From Vampirovibrio sp. (lineage in GTDB: Bacteria > Cyanobacteriota > Vampirovibrionia > Vampirovibrionales > JAJTHC01): a stretch of DNA of 64,000 nt. Under the pieces are notes generated by a model. The model made no database searches. It was not told where the DNA came from and saw only the letters and a program-made list of their open reading frames with translations. Shown piece after piece: positions 7,967 through 17,830 of this stretch. Within the stretch, counting starts at the first letter, position 1. Each line of letters starts with the position of its first letter. A program made the translations under genes and the position numbers. The stretch covers positions 166,045 through 230,044 of the forward strand of contig JACEUU010000002.1 in assembly GCA_024998755.1 (NCBI GenBank), written 5' to 3'.

Positions 7967-9037
7967 ATGGCCTCTTCGCCAACAACAACCCAAAGCCTAC
8001 TAAGCAAAACCCGCCTAGCCACCATCATCAACCAATTTCACCAACAACACCTAGCCGTTATTGGCGATATGGCAATTGACGAAATGATCTACGGCAAAGT
8101 CGATAGACTTTCCCGTGAAGCCCCCGTGCTCATCCTCAAACATGACCGCACGGATATCATCCTCGGGGCAGGTGCCAACGCCGCCCACAACGTTTCCTGC
8201 TATGGGGCTAAAAGCCACGCCATCGGGCTTTGTGGTGCAGATTATTACGCCGGCGAATTGAAAAAAGCCTTTGAACGAGACGGCGTTTTAATTGATGCCC
8301 TAGTGGCAGAGAAAACCCGCCCCACAACCACAAAATCAAGAATTTCCGGCGTCGTCAACGCATCCGTTACCCAGCAAATGGTGCGAATGGACAGAGAAGC
8401 CCGTACCCCCATTTCATCCGAAACTGAAGCCCTCTTGCTGGAAAAAATTGAAGCAATCATTCCCCAAACCAACGGGCTTTTGCTTTCAGATTACGCTATT
8501 GGCGTGGTAACCCCTGCCGTGGTGGCCAAAGTGCAACAGTTGGCTCAAGCCCATAGCATTCCATGGGTGGTGGATTCCCAGCAACCCCTAAAGGCGTTTC
8601 AAGGGGCTAGCATCATGACACCCAATCAACCTGAAGCCGAACAGAACGTAGGTTTCGCCATTGAAGACAAACAATCTTTAGTGAAGGCGGGTGTTCAGCT
8701 ACTGGAAACCACGAATGCGGAAAATATGCTCATTACATTGGGGCATGATGGCATGGCGTTGTTTTCCAAGGAAGCTTCTTGCATGTGGCACATTCCTGTA
8801 TTTAACAGAAGTAAAGTGTTTGATGTAACAGGGGCGGGCGATACGGTTGTTGCTACCCTGCTACTAGCCAATACTTGCGGGGCATCGTGGTTGGAAGCTG
8901 CGGTTTTAGGGAATTTAGCAGCCAGTATTGTCGTCAAACAATTTGGGGCAGCCGTAACCACGCAAGCCGAAATGTTAGAAGCCCTAGACGGGTTAGATGA
9001 TCAACTTTTACAAGGTATTACGCAACAGAATTTATAA
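7967..9037 (+). CDS. PfkB-family carbohydrate kinase (possibly heptose-7-phosphate kinase, HldE/RfaE domain-I-like)
   Basis: PfkB signature DVTGAGDTVVA near the C-terminus. N-terminal G-rich motif. Sits in the LPS-core neighbourhood (ligase plus GT9 heptosyltransferase). Confidence 0.65.
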   Translation: MASSPTTTQSLLSKTRLATIINQFHQQHLAVIGDMAIDEMIYGKVDRLSREAPVLILKHDRTDIILGAGANAAHNVSCYGAKSHAIGLCGADYYAGELKKAFERDGVLIDALVAEKTRPTTTKSRISGVVNASVTQQMVRMDREARTPISSETEALLLEKIEAIIPQTNGLLLSDYAIGVVTPAVVAKVQQLAQAHSIPWVVDSQQPLKAFQGASIMTPNQPEAEQNVGFAIEDKQSLVKAGVQLLETTNAENMLITLGHDGMALFSKEASCMWHIPVFNRSKVFDVTGAGDTVVATLLLANTCGASWLEAAVLGNLAASIVVKQFGAAVTTQAEMLEALDGLDDQLLQGITQQNL

Positions 9038-9050
9038 GGATTTTAAACCA

Positions 9051-9584
9051 ATGATGGCTATTATAGATGCTAACGGTAAAGTTTTTGGCAAATTCAATTT
9101 ATTAGACGCCGGTTTTACTGCCTTACTAGGGGTGGTGTTATTGGGTGTTGTATTAGTGCAAAGTGGTGTACAAGCTACATCTAAAAACATGGTGCAAGGC
9201 GAAACAGATATTCATATTTCGCTTTATTTACGGACACGCACATTGAAAGAATCGATTTTTAAGGTGGGCGATGAAACCAACATCACGGTTAGAAATCAGC
9301 CTCGTGGGAAGGTTGCCATTGTTTATGCTCAGCTAGACCCAGTTAAGGCGTTGGTCGCTCAAGCTTCAGGGTATAAAATATTTCCAGATCCGCTTTCAAG
9401 CAATATGTATGATATTAAATTGGTGCTGAAAGACCATGCTACTATTACCCCAGAAGGCTATGTGGCGGAAGGTGTTAAAATGAAAATTGGGTTGCCTATT
9501 GAATTGGAAGGCATGGATTACCGGCTTTCAGGCACTATTACAAAGGTTGAACCTGTTGGTGAGCCGTTGGTAGGGAAAGAGTAG
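9051..9584 (+). CDS. Hypothetical N-terminally anchored protein (DUF4330-like, uncertain); starts MMAIID
   Basis: ORF-track frame 8997..9584. ATGATG at 9051 with AAGGA 10 nt upstream. One TM segment TALLGVVLLGVVLV. Confidence 0.45.
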   Translation: MMAIIDANGKVFGKFNLLDAGFTALLGVVLLGVVLVQSGVQATSKNMVQGETDIHISLYLRTRTLKESIFKVGDETNITVRNQPRGKVAIVYAQLDPVKALVAQASGYKIFPDPLSSNMYDIKLVLKDHATITPEGYVAEGVKMKIGLPIELEGMDYRLSGTITKVEPVGEPLVGKE

Positions 9585-9600
9585 TCAGGGTTTTCTTTTC

Positions 9601-11118
9601 ATGATGATGATGACTTCCACTGATTCTTCCCCGTTGATGCGTTTAGGCAAGCAATCTGCGTTGTTTGGCTGGGTGTTTAAATCTGTTGCGTGGGCAGATG
9701 AAACCTTACTCTTGAGCCTAAGCAGTTCTTGGCTAAATACCAAATTTCAGTTTTTGATGAACAGAAATTCTCAAACATTGGGCGGTAGTAAAGTGATGCA
9801 CTGGGTACATGGTGTGCTACCTTGTATGGGTTTAGTGGGGTTATTTGCCTTAATTTTGGTTGCAGAAACAGGGCTAATTGGGGCTGCGGTTTGGAGTTTG
9901 TTCTTTTGGCTAGTGGGGTCTTCCCTATTGAAGGGGTATAACCAGTGGGTGGGTAAACTAACGGTTATTGATTTAATTGTGGGGGCATTTTTCGCTACTT
10001 ATTTCGTTTCCTGTGCGTTTTCTTCGTATCATCACGAAGCCTTGGGTGGCCTGTTTAAAATGGCAACGTTCTGGGCGGGTTATTGCGTTTTCAGAACCGT
10101 TTTAACACAACTACCTAGTAGTGTTTCCATTTTAATGGCGGTGTTGGTCATTTTTGGCTTGTCTGAAACGGCGTTGGCTTATTTGCAATCGACCAGTAAA
10201 GTGGCAGAATTAGCGACATGGACAGACCCTTCTACCAATCCGGAAGACCAATTAACGAGAGTTTACGGCACGCTGAAGCCGTATAATCCTAATTTGTTGG
10301 CGGGTTATTTTATTGCTACCCTTGGAGCTACCACGTGGTGGATGGGTCAATTATTAGCTAAGCTGACCGAAAAAACCGCCATCAAGCAGAAAATACTCCC
10401 ATGGCTTGGGGTTTGTGTCCTTGCCTTGGGTGCTATGACTTTTGGCATGATGCTAACGGGTTCTAGGGGTGGTTATTTGGGTGTGGCAGGTATGGGCTTG
10501 ACTGCGTTTGTAGGCGTTGTTCCTATGCTGTTGTGGTTTGATGCAATACTGAAGCCGATTACTTGGTTGAAAAAAGCGTGGTTATCCGTCATGTTTTCTA
10601 TACTGGCATTGGTGGGTTTGGTCATTTTGAAAAGTTCCGCCTTGCAACACCGTATAGCCAGTATTTTGGCGTTTCGGGAAGATAGTAGTATTTCCTACAG
10701 GCTCAATGTTTACGCCAGTGCGTGGCGAATGTTTGCAGATAATGTGTGGACGGGTATAGGGCCTTCTAATACCGTGTTTAAAAAAGTGTATGGGTTTTAT
10801 ATGACACCGGGTTATAATGCCTTAGGTGCTTATAGCGTTCCGTTGGAAATTGCTGTGGAACAGGGTGTTTTAGGCTTAGCAGTTGCTTTTGCTTTTTCCC
10901 AATATTTAAAAATTAAAACGCTAGATTGCTTAACCCAAGTTAATCAATTCTCCTTAGCTCAAAAATTATCGGCTGCGGCTGGTTTTATTGCCTTAGTTGG
11001 CTTTATTTGGCATGGGTTGTTTGATACCATTTGGTATAGACCCGCCATTCAATTATTGTTTTGGTTTTTTGTGGCAGTTTGGGCTGGTAGTGTTTCATCT
11101 TCACAAAAAAAATGGTAG
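9601..11118 (+). CDS. O-antigen ligase (WaaL/Wzy_C)-family polytopic membrane protein; starts MMMMT
   Basis: 505 aa with about 10-12 hydrophobic helices and a large loop. Sits between a sugar kinase and a GT9 transferase. Family call by architecture only. Confidence 0.5.
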   Translation: MMMMTSTDSSPLMRLGKQSALFGWVFKSVAWADETLLLSLSSSWLNTKFQFLMNRNSQTLGGSKVMHWVHGVLPCMGLVGLFALILVAETGLIGAAVWSLFFWLVGSSLLKGYNQWVGKLTVIDLIVGAFFATYFVSCAFSSYHHEALGGLFKMATFWAGYCVFRTVLTQLPSSVSILMAVLVIFGLSETALAYLQSTSKVAELATWTDPSTNPEDQLTRVYGTLKPYNPNLLAGYFIATLGATTWWMGQLLAKLTEKTAIKQKILPWLGVCVLALGAMTFGMMLTGSRGGYLGVAGMGLTAFVGVVPMLLWFDAILKPITWLKKAWLSVMFSILALVGLVILKSSALQHRIASILAFREDSSISYRLNVYASAWRMFADNVWTGIGPSNTVFKKVYGFYMTPGYNALGAYSVPLEIAVEQGVLGLAVAFAFSQYLKIKTLDCLTQVNQFSLAQKLSAAAGFIALVGFIWHGLFDTIWYRPAIQLLFWFFVAVWAGSVSSSQKKW

Positions 11119-11133
11119 AAAGTTGTTTATCAC

Positions 11134-12279
11134 ATGATAGTGAGTAAGTTGTTTTCGTTATTAAGCCCTCCGCTTAAAACGCCTAGAATTAAAGATTTAA
11201 ACCGTATTGCCTTATTGTGTTACGGTGGCTTGGGCGATGTGTTATTATTTAGCCCTGTAATTGCTGAAATTAAGGCGTGGCTGCCAGATGCTTCTATTAC
11301 CCTATACCTTGAAGAACGAAGTATGGGTGTTAGTTCCGTATTGGTTGGGATCGATTCCGTTCAGCTGATACCGACAGGTAGCATGAACAAGCTAAAGTTG
11401 TTTGGTTTTCTGGTGAACGATTTAAAAAAACGTCATTTTGACGCCGTGCTTTCTTGCGGAACGAATAAATTTATTCCGTATATGTTGGCAGCAACCGGCA
11501 TTCCTTACCGTGTGGGGTATGAAACCAGCGGGTATGGACAACAATTGCTTTCGCACCAAGCCCCGCTAAAGCGAAATATTTATGCCAGCTTTATGTATTT
11601 TGAACTAGCTAAAACGTTTATGAAGCCACTGATTGGACCTGCATACGAAGCATTTCTTCAGCCCCAGCAATTGAAACCCATAGCCACAGCTCCTTCTGAT
11701 AGAGATTTGGAAGAATTGCAAGCTATTTCCTTGCAACCTAACCAAGGGGATCATCGGAAGCATATTTTGTTGCACCCAGGGGTTAGCCAAGTTAGCTTAT
11801 CGAAGGGTATTAACAAAACGTGGGCAGCCATGGATTGGTCTCAATTAATTTTATCATTAACCAGTACGCATTGTGTTTACTTGGTGGGTGGCAAAGACGA
11901 TGAACCTTTAGTAGCGGATATTTTAGCCCTATTGCCTGAAAATTTACAACGATTTTCCAACCTAATGGGTACGACCCGTAATTTTAGTGATTTAGCTGGG
12001 TTAATGACTCTAATGGACGCCATTATTTGTGTGGATTCTGCCCCGTTACACTTGGCAATTGCTATGGGGAAACCGACTGTTGCTATTTTTGGCCCGACAG
12101 ACGAGAAAAAATTAGTACCTAATCCAGAATGGGTGCCAACAGTCAAAGCAGTTACTGTAGAAGACTTAGCTTGCCGTCCGTGCTTGTGGGCTGTTAGACA
12201 ACAAAATTGTGAAACATCAGAGTGTTTACAGGTTTCTGTCAAAGCCGTAGAATCTGCCGTGTTGGGGTTGTTGGGGTAG
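11134..12279 (+). CDS. Glycosyltransferase family 9 (ADP-heptose:LPS heptosyltransferase-like)
   Basis: N-terminal IALLCYGGLGDVLLFSPV (the GT9 motif, LGD). Length 381 aa. Confidence 0.65.
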   Translation: MIVSKLFSLLSPPLKTPRIKDLNRIALLCYGGLGDVLLFSPVIAEIKAWLPDASITLYLEERSMGVSSVLVGIDSVQLIPTGSMNKLKLFGFLVNDLKKRHFDAVLSCGTNKFIPYMLAATGIPYRVGYETSGYGQQLLSHQAPLKRNIYASFMYFELAKTFMKPLIGPAYEAFLQPQQLKPIATAPSDRDLEELQAISLQPNQGDHRKHILLHPGVSQVSLSKGINKTWAAMDWSQLILSLTSTHCVYLVGGKDDEPLVADILALLPENLQRFSNLMGTTRNFSDLAGLMTLMDAIICVDSAPLHLAIAMGKPTVAIFGPTDEKKLVPNPEWVPTVKAVTVEDLACRPCLWAVRQQNCETSECLQVSVKAVESAVLGLLG

Positions 12280-12309
12280 CTATTTTACTAAGATATAGTA
12301 TTTTGATGG

Positions 12310-13317
12310 TTATACCGAGGGTAAGTTATCAAGACTTAATTCTTTGGCTTTGACAGGTTTAGGGCGTTTGTGAAATTGCCATAGAGCAGACCCTGCAATA
12401 ACCGAAAGCCCCGCCAAAAACGCACCCATTCCTACAGATCCCTTTAGCCCCGCTATATGAGGTGCCAATCTATCCTGTTTTAACCCCTCTTTTAACACCC
12501 TAGGGTTATGCAACCACGCTAAACAGTCATGAAGCGTATCGTCCACCTGTGGAAGTAGATCTTTTTCGCTGGGTAATAGTTTAAATTTTTTGGTCGTAGC
12601 ATCCCATGTGCCTTGCCATTGTTCCTTTAACTGGCTACTGGCAATGGCTGAATCTGTATTATAATACTTCACCGTGTAAAAAGGCGATTTAGCTTCGGCT
12701 GAATGCTGAAGTTCAACGGTTAAGGCAGGCTTGCCATTAGCTTCTAAATGCACGCTTTTATTGGGTTGAACGGCTAAAGAAAGATCGTTATCATGCCCCC
12801 AAGCGTTATTTGGCAGGGTAACTAAGGCTTTGTAAAAGGTGCCTGCTTCCTTTGCTTGCAATTCAAACCACGAAGGCACATCCACCGTTAATTCTTTAAT
12901 TTTAGCGGTGTCTTCCGTGGCTTTCCACACTTGCTGACCATTCCCAATAAGCGTATTTAACGCCACGCTACCCAAGGCTATGCCCCCTGTAAAAAGCCCT
13001 AAGCGTTTAGTGTACTGCCAAAACGGATTCGTCTTCAACAACTGCCAAAAAGACGCTTTGGACGACTGCTTCAACGGGCAAATAGCAGGAATGTTTGGGT
13101 TGATTTGCCCTAGTGGTTCTGCTTCCTCATCAGGCAACATATCGTCTTCATTGAGTTGCGTTTCAATAATAACCACATCGTCTGGGTTAGGTATAATGGC
13201 ATTGGCAGGTTGTTGGGCTAACCAACTATAAGTTTGCCGTTGAAACCCTTTATTGGTAGGAATTTCTGCGGTAGATTGGTAAAAATAAGGAGGGAAGCTT
13301 GCGTCATTGATAGCCAC
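12310..13317 (-). CDS. Hypothetical two-TM membrane protein, translationally coupled to the upstream HExxH protein (GTG start)
   Basis: TM1 preceded by TNPFW (KTNPFWQYTKRLGLFTGGIALGSVAL). C-terminal TM GSVGMGAFLAGLSVIAGSAL. Upstream TAA stop, then 1 nt, then GTG start. Confidence 0.5.
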   Translation of the reverse strand: MAINDASFPPYFYQSTAEIPTNKGFQRQTYSWLAQQPANAIIPNPDDVVIIETQLNEDDMLPDEEAEPLGQINPNIPAICPLKQSSKASFWQLLKTNPFWQYTKRLGLFTGGIALGSVALNTLIGNGQQVWKATEDTAKIKELTVDVPSWFELQAKEAGTFYKALVTLPNNAWGHDNDLSLAVQPNKSVHLEANGKPALTVELQHSAEAKSPFYTVKYYNTDSAIASSQLKEQWQGTWDATTKKFKLLPSEKDLLPQVDDTLHDCLAWLHNPRVLKEGLKQDRLAPHIAGLKGSVGMGAFLAGLSVIAGSALWQFHKRPKPVKAKELSLDNLPSV

Positions 13318-13318
13318 G

Positions 13319-14695
13319 TTAGTTTTTACCCGCCATTAATACGCCTTGAAATGCCGTTTTGGCTGCTCGTTTGCCTTGTTCCTCAAAGGCTTCAACCCCT
13401 TCTTCTAGGGGCTGATGTTTATAGTCTGCTTGAGACCCATTGAGCAGTTGCGAAATATTAGGTGCTACATAAACCCGCCAATTAGTAGAAAGGGCTTCTA
13501 AACTGGGTTTGTCTTTGGTTAAGTCTATTCCTCTGGCCACTAAAGTCTGTTTCGCTTGGGCTTGTAACGCTGGGTTACTGTTATCTAAACTTTGTTGATA
13601 TTCTTTGGTAACTTGATATTGGTAAGCATGACGGGTTTCATGGGAAAGCGTTCCTACCAATTCCGTTGCCACATACTGGTTAAGTGCTTCGCCTGAAAGC
13701 CCACTTCGTTCGCCCACTTTAAACAAGCCTTCAATAGCAGGGGCGATAATTTTCACTTTGTTACTGGCAGGGTCAAATAGGGCAAAGGTAGACCCACCAT
13801 CGGGCGAATTGGTTTGGAATTCAATACCTTGTTCCTGCAATCCATACACATTCGATACCGTTTTTTCAAGTGGCGTTACCAATTGTTGCAATAAGTCATA
13901 ATCTTTGGTTTGCCGAATAACACTTAACGAACCCGCTAATTGCTGAATAAGCTGTTGTTGTTGAGGAGCTTGCAAGGCTTTACCTAATTGGGCTGCGTCA
14001 GTCGTATCGCTACTTAAGCCTGTGTAGTTTGATTTTTCTGCATCCATCACCTCAAACCGAGGGGAAAGTGCATCGACTGCTGCAATGGGTAGGGCTTCTG
14101 AGCTGCGATGAGCCGCCTGTTTTCCTTTTGCATCTGTAACCACTTTGGTGGTGGTTTTTTCTACATCAAACACGCCCACTAATTCATTTTCGCTAGCTTT
14201 GCCTTTTACATTGTAGGAAATAAACGTATTAGGAGCAATTTCATCAGGCATTTCGCCTTTTTCAATAAGTGTTCCCATCTTTAACCGCATACTATTTTGT
14301 GAAGAACTTTCCTGTAGTTCTTTGAGGGCTAAAGAAAGAATTTTGTTTTGGGCCTTAGCATCCGTTTGGGCTTTTTGCCGAAGGTTGAGGGCTTTAGTAG
14401 GGTCTACATTACTTACTTCCACTTGGGCGTATGCTAACCTAGCGTTTAGGGTTTGTAGTTCTTTGGTATCTGTAAAGCCTAGTTGTTGGGCAGAGGATAG
14501 AATGGTGGTGCGTAATTGGTCGTTTTGTTGTTCGTATGAAACGCTGGATGATTGTGCCGTGGCTGAAACCGTGCTTCTAGCCGCTGCACCGTAGGCGGGT
14601 GTAGGGTAACCGGTTGTTGGGTTGTAGTTATAAGAATAGGGATTAAACCCCATAGCCATCATCATATTGGTTTTATCGCCCTTTAAACGCCACAT
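13319..14695 (-). CDS. Hypothetical protein with a C-terminal zincin-like HExxH motif (probable start at the internal MMMAMGF, coordinate 14665)
   Basis: Motif GTLSHETRHAYQYQ (HExxH followed by Q, reminiscent of minimal zincin folds such as DUF4157/SprT-like). Coiled-coil-rich N-terminal two-thirds. No signal peptide. Confidence 0.5.
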   Translation of the reverse strand: MWRLKGDKTNMMMAMGFNPYSYNYNPTTGYPTPAYGAAARSTVSATAQSSSVSYEQQNDQLRTTILSSAQQLGFTDTKELQTLNARLAYAQVEVSNVDPTKALNLRQKAQTDAKAQNKILSLALKELQESSSQNSMRLKMGTLIEKGEMPDEIAPNTFISYNVKGKASENELVGVFDVEKTTTKVVTDAKGKQAAHRSSEALPIAAVDALSPRFEVMDAEKSNYTGLSSDTTDAAQLGKALQAPQQQQLIQQLAGSLSVIRQTKDYDLLQQLVTPLEKTVSNVYGLQEQGIEFQTNSPDGGSTFALFDPASNKVKIIAPAIEGLFKVGERSGLSGEALNQYVATELVGTLSHETRHAYQYQVTKEYQQSLDNSNPALQAQAKQTLVARGIDLTKDKPSLEALSTNWRVYVAPNISQLLNGSQADYKHQPLEEGVEAFEEQGKRAAKTAFQGVLMAGKN

Positions 14696-14878
14696 CGCCT
14701 TATCATACAGCGAAATAGATTGTTATGAAAACACAAATACCGTTAAAATAGTCCTTATAGGCATAAAACCGTAGAACCACTATTTTTGTGCGTGTTATGA
14801 AAAAATGCTAGCGTGTTTATGGTTGAATAGAAGGTAACTATACCCTGATTGTTGACCCTAAAAAAGGACGCACGCCCA

Positions 14879-17812
14879 ATGGAAAACCGTAAGAAAACGC
14901 TCGTTGTTGTGGATGGCTTTTCACTCGCCTATCGTATGTATTTCGCCCTAGAACGCACTGGCATGGCTACCAAAGCAGGGCAACCCACATGGGCACTCTA
15001 CGGGTTCTACAACGCCTTGTTCCAATTGCTAAAACAAGAACAACCCGATGCCATGGTCTTCTGTTTTGATGTCGCCGGCGGTAGCTTCCGTAATGTGCGG
15101 TATCCTGCCTACAAAGCCCACCGTTCCGCCATGCCAGATACGATGCGTCAACAACTAGACCCCCTGTTTAAGGGAATCGACCTAATGGGGTTTCCCGTTT
15201 ACAAAAAAGAAGGCTTTGAAGCGGATGATTTAATTGGCACTATCGCTCAAACTATCCGCACCCACCATGCTGATGACTGGCAAGTGGATATTCTAACCGG
15301 CGACCAAGACGCGTTTCAGCTGGTAGATGAAGCAGGTGTTATAACTGTTCTTGTACCTAGCAGAACCCCTCGGGAAGGGCTCAAACGTTACGATTGGGAA
15401 GCGGTCATTGAAAAAGTGGGTGTTCCCCCTAGCCAAGTGATAGATTTTAAAGGGCTAAAAGGCGATACGTCTGATAACATTCCCGGCGTACCCGGTGTGG
15501 GCGATAAAACCGCTACGAAGCTTCTGCAACAATACCCAACAGTCGAAGCGATTTATGCAGATTTACCGGCGATTAAACCCGCTGGCTTGCAACTGAAGCT
15601 ACAAACCAATGAAGCTCAAGCTCATTTGTCTAAAATGTTGGCTACCATTGATTGCCACGTTGATATGGGCTTTGATATTAACCACTGCCATCTGAAAAAA
15701 ATGCCTAATCCTGCAGATGTGCTTGCATTTTTTCAAGAATTTGAACTCAATCAATTCGTCAAAAATATTAGTGTGCTTGAAAAATTGTTCCACACCGAAG
15801 CGATGCTCCCTGAAGGGCTAGAACGGGATGCAACGGAGAACACCCCCTACACTGAAAATCAAACCGAGGGCTTTTTTGAACACTTAACCCCCGCCCTGAG
15901 TGATTTACCTCCCTTTAAACCCAAAACCGCTACTTCCTTGGATGAAGTTGTCGCCTTTATTGCAAAAGCGGAAAAACTAGGGGCGGTTGCCTTTGATTTA
16001 GAAACCACCGGGCTAGACCCTTTCACTGCTCAACCCGTGGGAATTTCTTTAGCTATTGGGGAAGGGCTACACTGGGAAGAACACCCGACGGAAAACTTTT
16101 TCAATCTAACCAACTATCCTAAAACGTTGCCTCGGCTCATGGCAGCCGCGGAAAACCCTACGGCTATTGAATGCCTATACATTCCTATTGGGCATAACGT
16201 GTTGGGTAGCGAAAATCTGCCGTGGGAAGCAGTCAAAGCACTCATTACGCCCTTGGTGGAAAGCTCGAAAACGCTTAAGCTCATTCATAACCTAAAATAT
16301 GAATGTAACGTACTAAAAGCTTGGGGCTTAAACTTAGCTAGCCCTGTTATGGACACCATGCTGATGAGCTATGTGTGCCAACCCGAAAGCAGACACGGTT
16401 TGAAAGCCTTAGCCCTCAATTTATTGGGTTTTGAAATGACGGAAATTCAAACGCTGATAGGCAAGGGCAAAAGTCAAAAAACGTTCGATACCGTTCCTGT
16501 AGCTGATGCTTGCCCGTATGCGTGTGCAGATACTTACGCCACTTGGTTGTTGGCAAATACGTTTACCAAGCGGTTTACCGAAGAACAGTGGGCATTGTTT
16601 AGCGAAATTGAATTGCCTTTAGCGTGGTTATTAGCAGAAATGGAACGCACGGGCATAACGCTTAATCGAGACCATTTAGCGGGATTGAGCCATCGTTTGG
16701 CGGGACAGTTAAAGGTGCTAGAATCTGATATTTATAGCTTGGCGGGCGAACCCTTTAACATCAATTCTCCTAAGCAAGTGGCGGATATTTTGTTTGTGAA
16801 ACTGGGTATTAACACCCACAAAAAAACGAGCGGTAAAACCGGCTTCAGTACAGATGCCCAAGTGCTGGAAGCCCTAAGTGACGCCCACCCAATCGTGCCA
16901 AAATTGTTGGAATATCGGCAGTTATTTAAGCTGAAATCAACTTATATTGATGCGTTACCCGCCTTGGTGCATCCGCAAACGCACCGCTTGCACACGCATT
17001 TCAACCAGACGGTTACGGCAACAGGTCGGCTTTCATCTACAGACCCTAACCTGCAAAACATCCCTGTGCGTAGTGCATTAGGGCAAGAAATTCGGGCGGC
17101 GTTTGTACCCAAAGCAGGCTGGAAATTGGTTTCCGCAGACTATTCTCAAATTGAACTTCGTATTTTAGCCCACATTGCTCAAGAACCGACGTTAATCGCC
17201 GCCTTTCAAAGTGGAGAAGACATCCACACGAAAACGGCTGCGTTGGTTCTAGGTATTCCGTTAGAAGCCGTTACTAAGGAAGAACGCTACAAGGCAAAAG
17301 CTGTCAACTTTGGCATTGTCTACGGGCAAACCGCTCATGGGCTTTCTCAGCAACTGGGCATTAGCAGGGCAGAAGCTCAAGCGTTTATTGACCAGTATTT
17401 CCGCACTTACCCTGGTGTGAAAACCTTTATTGAAAGCACGAAGGCGAAAGCTCATCAAACGGGATTGAGTAAAACCCTGTTTGGCAAGGTACGCAATTTG
17501 AAAGTAGAACTAAATTCTAGCGTCAAATCTATTCGGGAATTTGCAGAACGGGCTAGTTTTAACACCCCTATTCAAGGGTCTGCTTCCGATGTAATGAAGT
17601 TAGCGATGTTACGCTTGCGTCAAGCCTTGACGGATGCTGGTTTACAGGCTAGCCTATTATTACAGGTGCATGATGAATTGATATTAGAAGCCCCTGAAGC
17701 AGAATTGCCTGTATTGTTACCGCTAATAACCAAAGCGTTAGAATTAGAACAGCCACTCTCTGTACCCCTCGTGGTGGATACTTACGTCGCAGATTCATGG
17801 TTGGAACAATAG
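14879..17812 (+). CDS. polA: DNA polymerase I
   Basis: 5'-3' exonuclease N-terminus (VVVDGFSLAYRMYFA). 3'-5' exonuclease and polymerase motifs (DYSQIELRILAH, QVHDELILE). Length about 977 aa. Confidence 0.9.
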   Translation: MENRKKTLVVVDGFSLAYRMYFALERTGMATKAGQPTWALYGFYNALFQLLKQEQPDAMVFCFDVAGGSFRNVRYPAYKAHRSAMPDTMRQQLDPLFKGIDLMGFPVYKKEGFEADDLIGTIAQTIRTHHADDWQVDILTGDQDAFQLVDEAGVITVLVPSRTPREGLKRYDWEAVIEKVGVPPSQVIDFKGLKGDTSDNIPGVPGVGDKTATKLLQQYPTVEAIYADLPAIKPAGLQLKLQTNEAQAHLSKMLATIDCHVDMGFDINHCHLKKMPNPADVLAFFQEFELNQFVKNISVLEKLFHTEAMLPEGLERDATENTPYTENQTEGFFEHLTPALSDLPPFKPKTATSLDEVVAFIAKAEKLGAVAFDLETTGLDPFTAQPVGISLAIGEGLHWEEHPTENFFNLTNYPKTLPRLMAAAENPTAIECLYIPIGHNVLGSENLPWEAVKALITPLVESSKTLKLIHNLKYECNVLKAWGLNLASPVMDTMLMSYVCQPESRHGLKALALNLLGFEMTEIQTLIGKGKSQKTFDTVPVADACPYACADTYATWLLANTFTKRFTEEQWALFSEIELPLAWLLAEMERTGITLNRDHLAGLSHRLAGQLKVLESDIYSLAGEPFNINSPKQVADILFVKLGINTHKKTSGKTGFSTDAQVLEALSDAHPIVPKLLEYRQLFKLKSTYIDALPALVHPQTHRLHTHFNQTVTATGRLSSTDPNLQNIPVRSALGQEIRAAFVPKAGWKLVSADYSQIELRILAHIAQEPTLIAAFQSGEDIHTKTAALVLGIPLEAVTKEERYKAKAVNFGIVYGQTAHGLSQQLGISRAEAQAFIDQYFRTYPGVKTFIESTKAKAHQTGLSKTLFGKVRNLKVELNSSVKSIREFAERASFNTPIQGSASDVMKLAMLRLRQALTDAGLQASLLLQVHDELILEAPEAELPVLLPLITKALELEQPLSVPLVVDTYVADSWLEQ

Positions 17813-17830
17813 TCGTAAGGACACTCAATT

